This document shows positions 53,870-64,000 of a stretch of 64,000 nucleotides of DNA, in pieces (the stretch's first letter is position 1; each line of letters opens with the position of its first letter). This DNA comes from Takakia lepidozioides (lineage: Eukaryota > Plantae > Bryophyta). The stretch is taken from contig CM060732.1 in assembly GCA_030704615.1 (NCBI GenBank), positions 63,550,001 through 63,614,000 of the forward strand, in the 5' to 3' direction. Below the pieces are notes generated by a model. It ran no database searches, was not told where the DNA came from, and saw only the letters and a program-made list of their open reading frames with translations. Made by a program: the position numbers and the translations under genes.

Positions 53870-56292
53870 ACTGCCAACGCACACAAACCTGATGTGGTCG
53901 GGCTTCACCCCTTCCCCATCATTTGCTCATAGGTCTCCAAAGCCTCCATCCCGCACCCCTGCTGTGCATACCCTGCAAGCATCGCGTTCCACGACACCAC
54001 ATCTCGTTCAGCCATAGTGTTGAAAACTCCCTTTGCATCCTTAATGCACCCACGTTTGGCATACATGTCCAGGGCAGTGTCCGGGATGACGTCTGGTACA
54101 ATTCCAGCTTTGACGATGTCACCATGGACCTCTTTCCCCTTTTCCAGAGCTCCCAGGCTTCCACACGCATTGCAAACACAAACAAACGTGATGTGGTCGG
54201 GCTTCACCCCTTCCCCCATCATTTGCTCATAGGTCTCCAAAGCCTCCATCCCGTGCCCCTGCAAGCATCGCGTTCCACGACACCACATCTCGTTCAGCCA
54301 GAGTGTTGAAAACTCCCGTCGCATCCTTCATGCACCCACATTTGGCATACATGTCCACCAGGGCAGTGTTCACAATGACATCTGGTACAATTCCAACTTT
54401 GACGATGTCACCTGGACCTCCTTCCCCTTTTCCAGAGCTCCCAGGCTTGCACAAGCATTGCAAACACAAACAAACGTGATGTGGTTGGGCTTCACCCCTT
54501 TGCGCGGCATTTGCTCATAAAGCATTCCAGCTACCACACCCATGCTTGGTAAGTCCTGCCAACATTATACATGTTGACAAGGGTGTTGAGTAGAAAAACA
54601 TTTGGCGTGATTTCACTTCAGATAATATGAGTGTGCACGTGCTTTCCAGCTTCCAGGCCTTTCATCTTGATGCACTTATGCAAGAGACAGACATACGCAT
54701 CTGAATCTGCTGAAATGCCTCCTTAGTTTGAAGTCTGTAGAGCCTCTTCAGTCTGCCTGCCTCACAAAGCATCTTCACATGCCCAGAAGTGCCAGAAGAG
54801 GCATTGTGGACCCCCTCTCTTGATCCTCTTCCAAAAGCTGCGGTCATGGTTGAGGTGCCTGATTTTATCAGCTGTGCCGCTGCAGCTGCTGCCTTTAGTT
54901 GACCATCTACCCATGTAGGTTTCTTGTAGCTATTGATCCACAGGGAATCATAGGTCATCATGTGCTTGAAATCTGGCCCTCTTGAATGAATCTGGACCCA
55001 CATTCTATCCCTGTTCCTTCAGCTATCCATGCATCTGCACAAATCATGCATAGGTCCTTGTCTTGCTGCTAACAGTTGACAATGACAGCCTATATTTGTA
55101 CTAGGAAACACCCAACTCAACTTATCCATCTGCTACTCTCTGTAATCCAACAGGCATTCACCTTTTTGCCTCGATTGTCCCACCATTGACTGGGGTCAGA
55201 AAACCCTTCCTGTTGCATTTGTTCAAATAGTCCGAGGGCCTCCCGACCACACCCATGCTGGGCATATCCTGCCATCATGGTGGCAAGAAGACAATTCCTT
55301 AAGCTCTTCCTCAACATCATGCAATGCAAAGCGTGTATCAGGCACATACCCAGCCTCCTTCATCTGCCCACATAATCTCTTCAGCTCAGCTGCATGAATT
55401 TCCTTAATTTGTGGATGCAATTCAGTGCTTCCCGTATGGTGGCTGCTATGGCATGTGTGGGTTCGGGTGCCGGGATGATGCCCTCAGTGCGTGCAAACTT
55501 CAAAGCCCCTGCCAGACTCGCATACGCACTGCAAACGCACACAAACCTGATGTGGTCGGGCTTCACCCCTTCCCCCATCATTTGCTCATAGGTCTCCAAA
55601 GCCTCCATCCCGCGCCCCTGCTGTGCATACCCTGCAAGCATCGCGCTCCACGACACCACATCTCGTTCAGCCAGAGTGTTGAATACTCCCTTAGCATCCT
55701 CGATGCACCCACATTTGGCATACATGTCCACCAGGGCAGTGTTCAGCATCTGGTAATCTGACAGGCATTCACATTTTTGCCTCGATAGACTTTCCTGTTG
55801 TCACATTGGCAGTATCATGTCAAAGTCAAACTAGATTCACTCACCCAGCTAACTTGCAGAATTCAACATGGAAATTTAGAGCTAATTCTGATAAGAGGGA
55901 AAACAGGGTGAAATGTGTTGAAGAAAGTGCCGTCAATAGCAGTGCCTGATTTATCAATCAGCTCACACTGCACTTAATGTTGTTGGTTTTGCCAGTAATC
56001 CCCACAAGAAAAGACCCCATCTTGGAAATGGTGAAAGCTGTAAGCATCCCGAACAATAACTTCTCGCTCAAAACTCTTTAGGTTGAACTTGGCGGCCGTA
56101 TGGCAGTCACCGCACACCTGAAGGTTCTTGTTGAGGCGAATAGGCGTCCCAGGGGATCATGCTGATGAGCCCAAAAGCAATGGCCAGCTTCTCACTCTGC
56201 TGGCCAAGAGAAGTTTCTTTCTGCTCCTCCTCCACATCATGCAAGCGAGTGTCGGGCGCATACCCCAATGCCTTCATCTGCCCACACAATCT
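53870..56292 (-). pseudogene. Scrambled PDF-motif/PLS-PPR/DYW pseudogene mosaic
   Basis: DYW C-terminal piece (56292-55992, QSEKLA...CGDYW); S-P-L piece (55750-55512); DYW N-terminal piece (55417-55277); P motif; PDF exons (55203-55162 and from 54991); near-identical PLS repeats (54540-53870). Many frameshifts. Confidence 0.9.
55417..55512 (-). pseudogene. Tryptophan synthase beta type 2 (TrpB2-like) fragment
   Basis: GALKFARTEGIIPAPEPTHAIAATIREAL matches the conserved TrpB2 C-terminal segment as I recall it. Confidence 0.8.
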
Positions 56293-56575
56293 CCACTCTC
56301 GAGGACGCGCGGACATCATCGTCCCGTCCCCGCGCTAGGCGCTGCAAGACACCTCTCCCGGTTTCCGGGCATATCCGGCAGGCCACAGACAGTTCAGACA
56401 GTTCAAAGTTCAGTTTTCGGGCAGTCCGGTCAGGTTCTAAATAGATTGACGACGACGATGACGTGTTTACGAAACGTGGCGACGACGACGTGGCGCTATG
56501 GCACCCTATTCCTGCTCTACGCTAAAATAGCTTCCGGACCTTCGTTGGTCGCTAGAACTACAAGTTCCTAGGCAA

Positions 56576-56823
56576 TTGATAGTACAACTAAAATAAGCAG
56601 CTAACAAGGTCCGTGGATGAAAATGGATGCAATGTACAAAAACTAGATACTACACTACCTAGAGAGCAAATTATCATAAATGTTTTTTGTCCTCGACCTG
56701 TCCGTGAGTCTCATATAGTAACAGGGTTTCAGTAAATTATAATCATTTAATTTGCTCCTAGTAAGAGTAAGGAAGGACTTCAATAAATACACATGTTGAT
56801 AGTACAACTAAAATAAGCAGCTA
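56576..56823 (+). repeat. Perfect 28-bp direct repeat, 220-bp period
   Basis: ttgatagtacaactaaaataagcagcta at 56576-56603 and 56796-56823. Confidence 0.9.
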
Positions 56824-57273
56824 CAAACGGTAGCGGAACTTAGATATCCGGAGAACTAACTTAGGGTGAGTTCAAAAGATTTTTTACCTGGCTGGTCGAG
56901 TAGCCCTTTACGAGATTGGATCAAGAGTACGGTTGTCCACGCACGCCGTTGTATGCCAGCCGGTGCACACAATCCAAATGATAAAACTCACCAACTGTGT
57001 CTACTAATTAACAGAAGAGTTGTTGTAAGAATATCCACAGTACTATCGTCCTTGCTCCACGCAAGTTAATGTCCATTGGCGCCATATACAAACTATCAAC
57101 TCGGATCCCAAATCCCTGAACGTTCGAGGAATGTTCACTTCATCCTGTCTTGCATTAGGAAGAACTCAAGTTTCTAGTAGCCGGCCTGTCCCCTACTACT
57201 GCTTTCAAGAATCTTCAAGAACACGTGTAGATGAAGGGCAGATATACAAATCCGTGTGGAACACGGTCTGTAC

Positions 57274-60200
57274 CAGTGTTGGGCGGTTCTTGCCTTTGTG
57301 AAGGAACCTTCGGTTCCGGTTCCACAAATTTTTGAAGAGACGGTTCCGGATCCGGATCCGGTTATTTTTTATTAAGGCGGTTCCGGTCCGGTTCAGGTTC
57401 CGACTTTTTAACATGGGGGCGGTTCCTGTTACCGGTTAGTTGCTGGAAAAAAAACACCGGTTCCGGTTAGGTTCCGGTTCTTTTTTATAAAAATATTAAA
57501 TAATATTAATTTTTTATTCTTCTGGAAAATTCGGTGAACTGATCTGATTGGTCATACTGAGAATTTTCAACTAAAACCAGGGAATTTATTAGTAAAACAG
57601 AAGTAAATAAACTTATATGTTTTTTGTGATTGTCTTTTATGGTATATATAACTAGTTATATACGCATGGTCTCCATTAAAAACGGAAAACCAGAGATTTT
57701 ATAAGTTGTCGTACGGTGTAGCAAAGAACAACTAAAACAAACTAACTACATAAGGATCTTAATTCAAAATACAAAACAAATTAAACATGTGTAATTCTAT
57801 GGTTACCTTTTATGGTGCAGCAAAAGCACAACTAAAAAAAACTACATAAATTTGTGTTTTTTGGATGATGCTTTGTCAATATAGCATACAACAAACTAAG
57901 TACACGGGATGTCACTGAAATTTTCAATAAAAATAACAAATAAACAAACTCCAATCAAAGGAGTATAGTGTAATATGTTGAACAATAATTTGTCTCTAAG
58001 ACAAATCAGTCTACCTCAAAGAGGTTTGCCTCTGCAATCAAGTCCTCATTCTCATCTAAGAGGACTTCTTCCCTATCCAAAAACTCTTTCATGGAAGTAC
58101 TAAAGCAACCAACTCTAGCATCATTTGGCCAATTCTTGACTACACTCACAAGCATATTAAGGTTTTCAATATTTAACCTGCACCGTTCAAGTTTGTTATG
58201 ACACCTGCAATACTAAAAACCCTCTCAGCTTCAATCTGAGATACAACTATGCCCAAAATTAGCCGTGCCAAAAATCCCACATACGGAAAGAGAGACTCGT
58301 GTTCTTTCCACCATTTCAAAGGAGCCACGCACTCACCCTCATTTATCTTCGTCCTTCTGAAATGTGATAGTTGTTCTCTCATCACTGTCAATGTCATGTC
58401 TTCATTGTGGTCATGCACACCAAATAAGGACATCTCGTCCATTGTAGAAGTGGGCTGTGATTGGGCCGGAGTATCCGGATGTAAGACCTTGAAACACTTT
58501 ACCAAAAGAGGCTCTAACACCATACTATCATATTGGGACACAATATGCAAAGCACGCTCTTTGCCCACATATTGTGATACCAATGACAACCCCTTGTAAC
58601 GTGGGTCAAGCATAAGTGCGAGCATATTGTGAGCTTTGCGCGATTGAAACCCTTCCAAAAAGAAAGAAATGATTCCAAGACATATACCACCTCTCGAGCC
58701 ATCCGCCATTCCAACAATGTCAACTCTGTTGAGAAATCCCCCATGCAATGATCCACAGTTGCAGCCCCCCCAGCACTACTTCCTCGCATGCGAATTGTTG
58801 TGGCAATGGCTGCATTAAGAGCATCGGACAACAACCAAAATCCCCCAGATTGATTCATAATGCACTCATGAACCACAGGCCCTAGAACTGTAGAAATTGA
58901 TTGGGCAATGGCCCACACTTGTGGACTTGGTATGCGAGACTGCAGTGCCAATGAGGTTTGCCTAGAGTAACAAGTGATTATGGCTTGCCTAAACTCCAAA
59001 GTCTCTTGGAAGAGGATCACCTTGGAAGCAAACCGTGTCTTCACCGGAGTCTTCAGTTTGCGGGGATGAATGCCGCTGTCCACACATGCCTTTGCCCATT
59101 CTTGTCTCCCTTTGCCACTTTTTTTTGTCCAAGTAATGGTTTTTTGCAACTCTGATTGGGCATTTTTTATAGAAACCGATCTCATATCTGCGCATACTTT
59201 TGCATCATTTGTTGCATACTGGCAACACTTGGACATTGCATGCCCAAAACAGCTACCCACAAATAGAGAATCCAACCCCAAACACGCACATGAGACCACC
59301 GAATTCAAAGCATTGGTCAAAGTGGCCAAGTTACCTCCCTCATCTTTGACGTAAGCAATAATGCGAGTATTAAGGCCATACTTCAGAAGAAGATTGTTGA
59401 CTTGATGTGTCATGGCAGCCCCAGATGTGTCAGGTGCCAAGAGTCACATGACATTGCTCCCACTGTTCATTAATAAAGTGCGCTGTGATGACAAAAGTGT
59501 CAGTTCCCCCTCTTGACATCCACAAATCAAAACTCACGGAGCAAGTAGCACAACTCTGAAGAGATGGGGACATGTAGCGCTCTTTCGTCTTCTCTGCCAA
59601 GATTGGAATGGCCTCATTCACAAATGTCGGTCGAGAAGAGAAAACAATCTGAGGATTTTGCCTCAACACCATCCTTCTTAGCCAAGGGGATTCTACCAAA
59701 GACAGTGGAACCAACTCCTTTGCAATGAATAAGACTAAATCCTCATTGAACTGCTTTTGTTGATCATCATTTTGGTTGTATGGAGTGGAGCTCCCAAAAA
59801 AAAAAACTATGTTTCCAGGAGTGGGGCCGGGCCTTTTTTTTGCTGGCCTACGGGCCTTCTCAGGTCCTTCATTTTCTCTCTCAATCCACCTACGCAAAAC
59901 AATGTCATGTTCTTGATCCACATGCTTTCGAAGGGCAGAGATACCATTGGTTTTATTATAGGTCACAATGCCCTTCTTGCTTGCAGGAGTGACACCAACA
60001 GGATGACATAGAACACACCTCATTTGTTGTGGATTTGTTATGTCCACTGGAGCAGAGTCTTTTGTTGCATAGAATGCCCATGTCGAAGCAATGCGATTGT
60101 GGGGCTTCCAAAAATCCCGTTGTTTTTCAAGTACTAGGAGCTGCGCCTCCACATCCAACACCGTGTGTGATGGCGAAACTGTGGAAGATGACATTGCAGC

Positions 60201-60370
60201 CGAGGCTTGATGAGCTGATGTAAATGAGGCTTCATGATGAGCATCCTCCGCAACATGGCACTCCACCAAAGCTCTCTCATTATCAACATTGTTGTCAGGA
60301 ACAACTTCCCTTTCTAGTTCATCGAAAATATTGGGCTCCATGACATAAAAAGCTTGTGGAACAACTCCTG
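57274..60370 (-). mobile_element. hAT DNA transposon with frameshifted BED-finger transposase; one TIR visible
   Basis: TIR CAGTGTTGGGCGGTT at 57274 with GGTTCC subterminal repeats. Transposase ~60368-58006: BED finger (MRCVLC...LRKHVDQEH), SFDLW, YVKDEGGN, CFGH, TRFAS and SQIEAERVFS. Frameshifts near 59435, 58690 and 58180. The other TIR is not seen in the window. Confidence 0.92.
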
Positions 60371-60619
60371 TGTAAAAACAATGCAAACAAAGAATCCAAA
60401 AGGCAGTTAATAATTGTGCAAAACTCATATATTTACAAAAGTTTGGGATGGTATATGGCTGGCCAAAACGAAAGTGTGGGGAGAGACACCGCACTGCTCA
60501 ATTTATTATGTCATATTGAGCTGAATGTTATATACATGGCCTACATTTAGATCTACGTTATTTTTTTTATCTAGTACATGTACATTTACATTTTCAAATT
60601 ACAAAAATTACCTAGCAAG

Positions 60620-62130
60620 TTGGGGGTGGACCAGTCTTATGCTTCAGTGGTCGGCTTGGCTACTTCATGCCTTGGGAGATGATCTGCAATGCCCCCACCA
60701 CATATAAATAAATCAGTCCTTGTTGTACCACAACATGAAGAGTTATAACTAAAAATTATGAAACTTTAAAGTGGGGTGATTGTCCACAAGAGGTAGGGGC
60801 TGGCTGTCAAGCCTTCTTGATATTTGTGCTCCCCTTTCCGAGTTCAAACTTTCACTATGAGAGGAGGAGCAAATCATCCCTCTGTTGTACCACACATTGG
60901 AAAAAATAAAATAAAAAACTAAGCTATTAAAGGGTGGGGGCTTACCATAGGATGAGGGGGCTGGTTGGCGGGCTCTAAACTCGCACTCCTCCTTCTTGTG
61001 TGTGATCTACATAGCAACAGAGTAGGGGGCTGATCAGCCCCTTGCTATGCCAATTTTCTGGGAAAAAAAAAATATGCAACATTGAATTAGGGGCATGCTT
61101 ACATGTGTGGTGGAACGGGGGCTGGTTGGCAGGCCTCCCTACTTGCCCTCTTTCCCTCCCATGCACGATCTACAATAGCAAAAGAGCAAGGGGCTAATCA
61201 GCTCCTCTTATATCACAAACTTAAAATAATTAAGAAAATAAAGAACAATGAAGGGGAAGTACACGCGGGTAATGGGGGCTGGTTGGCGGGTCAAGAGACC
61301 TCCTATTTCTGCTCCCTTCCCGAGTGCAACATATCACTATGAGGAAGGGCGAATCAGCCTTTTGTTGTACCACACATTGGAAAGAATAACATTAAAAAAC
61401 TAAGATAAAGGGTGGGGGCTTACTACAAGATGAGAGGGGCTGGTTGACGTGCTTTTTTACTTGCACTGGACGTCCTTCTTGTGTGTGATCTGCATTAGCA
61501 ACGGCTAATCAGCCCTTGCTATACCAATTTTATGGGGGGGGGAAATGAAGGGGTGCGGTGCAAGAGGGGCTGGTTGGCCAGCCTTCCTACTTGCCCTCAT
61601 TTCCCTCCCATGCACGATCAGCCGTAGCACAAGAGCAATGGGCTAATCAGCCCCTCTTTTAATAAAAATTTAAACAACTAAAAAAATAAAGCTCAATGAA
61701 AGGGAGTTACAAGCGGGTAATGGTGGCTGGTTGGCAGGTCCCTCCCTACTTTGGGCTCCCTCCCTCTCATGCAGAATCTGCTATAACAAAAGCCAAAGGG
61801 GCTATCTTATCAACCCCCAATTGTATCAAGAATTAAAAAAAATTAAAGAAAGGGAAGATACTTACCAGTGGGTAATGTGGGCTGGTTGGCGGGCCCCTCT
61901 TTGCTTGTGCTCCCTCCAATGTAAAATCTACCATAGTGGAGCAAGGGGCTATTAGCCCCTTGGTATATCATCAAAGAAAACAGGAAAAAATAATAATAAT
62001 AATAATAATAATGATGATCAATGATTACCATGGACCAAGGGGCCTGGTTGCAGGTGGGCCCTCTTTACTCGTCCTCCTTACCTCTTGCACCACATGCCAT
62101 AAGAAAAGGAGGAAGCTCATTAGCTTCATG
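60620..62130 (+). repeat. Diverged ~160-bp tandem satellite (~9-10 units)
   Basis: A GGGGCTGGTTGGC-like anchor recurs at ~60796, 60957, 61117, 61275, 61436, 61566, 61725, 61879 and 62040. Confidence 0.85.
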
Positions 62131-64000
62131 GTGAACTAAAGCTAAAAACAGTAAAATAACCAAAAGTGGTGGATGCTTACCAACGTCACTAACTCTACTT
62201 GCTACAGCATTGATATCCACTCGATTGCTTAGATCATTCTCTTTTGAAAAGCCCTCTTCAGTAGCTGAACAGCACTTGGAGACGACTGGATGACTAAATC
62301 ACTGACAACCAAGACCAGGTTGACTTTCTGTAATCTCTACTGAAAGGTAATTGCAAAAGCCCTAGAGAAGGCCACGACAGCACACTTAGCATTTAGCACA
62401 TTTTTAATAGCATAGAGGATTTAACAGATACAAACTGGTGGCACATTCCAAACACAGGTGCAGGCATAAAGTAGCATAGGAGGTCACTAGAGTGATGATT
62501 CCATGGGTTAACCCTTCATATGCTAGTATACAAAACTATGAGGCTAAAAGTGAACTGTGTTAACAAAGACATGCATCCATTGGTGGGTGTGCTGCAGCAA
62601 CTCAACCCAAATAAATCATTAAAATCTACCATTGAACTGTAACCTTAAAACCCACACATATTCCAGGTAGCAATACACATCGATTTCACAACTCCAACCC
62701 AGGCAACAGACCACAACCTCACACTTGGACAACTCGCTTAATGCAAGCTTTCCAGTAGTGAAGTTAGGTCAAGCTTAACAACAAGGGTCTGGAGACATGG
62801 TCTTTCAGAAGGTGGAAGAGGATAGTGTCCATAATATAAGCATGCCTGACACTGTAAGAGTGCAAAAAGTAAGACAATGATGACTGTCAAACCTTGTAAG
62901 AGCAGGTCTGAAATCTGGCCAGGGAAGGGTGAACAAGTAGGTAGAAATGACAGGGAATTGCTTAGAAAATTACGGACGTACAAGATAAACAAGTGAAGAC
63001 AGCCAGAATGCAGTGCCACGTGGAGTAGCCAGAAACTATGAACGAGAGAGCCCCTGAAGGAGAGGGTGGAAGAGACGGGGGGATGGCTGCTCACATACCT
63101 CCTCTCGCCAGTCAACATTGTTCAAGATTCCCTGACACACAGCGAAAAGAGGAACACCTGCCTTGGCTATTTGGATGAAAAAAAGACCTGCAACCATCAT
63201 ACCACGCTGCTCATAACTGGAAGGAAAGCCCACCCCAGCACCCGGAAAAATTGCTCCACTAGAAAGTCCGTTATCCCTTTTCTCTCTCCCTCAATCAGTA
63301 CACTTCTAGGAGTTGAAAGCCCTTGGTGTCCCAAAGCACAATGGCAGATAAATTCATGACCAGCTGAAACGCAGCAGTCATACAATGCGAAGCCTCCCAA
63401 ATTTCTGCAAAACCTTGAAGTGGATTGAGCAACAAATAATAAAAATTAATCACAAGTTCCAAAATGTGTGCTTCTCCAGAGCTAGGCCTCTGCCATTCAA
63501 GAGTGGCATTACTTATACATGTTCCAATCTCGGATATAAAGATGCAAAAGCAAAAAGTTGAAGCCAAAAGTGGTTACTAGGTGAAAACCATGCTTGCCAG
63601 GTGCAAGGCCAGTTATCTTCACATTCACCGTTGTGGGACCTGCTCAAAAATCACACCTCCCTATTCAAACTTGGTCGAAAAGCAATTTTCCTTAAAGTGT
63701 AGTCCCCATAGGATACTGTCTCTCTCTGACTTTGTCCCAATATTGCCATACTGAGGCACAACAAACAACACAGTCTGGAAAAGAGTGGCGAAAGTTAGAG
63801 TGCAGAAATAGAACTACACAAATTTCCTTGTGTATAATTTGGAGGGCCTCAACTGACCTCTCGCCTTAGCGGATGTGAATCCAAATCCCTAGCGCTTACT
63901 CCTACTGCAGATGCGAACTTTAGAGATTCTTCCTCCGTGGTGGTTCAGGGATTCCCGTGCAATGTGTTCTCACGGTAGTTCTGTTCGATGTCTGGAATGC

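Noticed and set aside
60620-62130. CRISPR-like array
   Set aside because: Eukaryotic context, whole units are homologous rather than repeat plus unique spacer, and no cas genes are present.
62180-63450. Exon-like minus-strand segments near the right edge
   Set aside because: Frameshifted and stop-containing, with no homology I can name.

Overview
Eukaryotic, intron-rich plant nuclear DNA. The gene and transposon repertoire suggests a non-seed land plant, most likely a moss (inference). From left to right: (1) the 5' part of an EMB1579/RSA1 (CCAR1-like) gene on the minus strand, running off the left edge; (2) head-to-head with it, an intact PLS-class DYW PPR RNA-editing factor whose upstream exons encode an OSB-type 'PDF'-like motif; (3) an RTE/RTEX-like LINE with a target-site duplication, then an L1 remnant; (4) an intact 6-exon laccase and, about 11 kb upstream, a laccase paralogue with only exons 1-3, the two separated by hAT MITEs and other TIR elements; (5) Copia and Gypsy debris; (6) an FCP1/NIF-like HAD pseudogene; (7) a mosaic of PPR/DYW pseudogene pieces mixed with beta-amylase, TrpB2 and USP fragments; (8) a frameshifted hAT transposase followed by a ~160-bp satellite. 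The most notable signal is the PDF motif-PLS PPR-DYW architecture. It appears twice in the window with the same intron position, linking a motif known from organellar ssDNA-binding proteins to a C-to-U editing deaminase. All family calls come from motif recognition by eye; no database searches were run.
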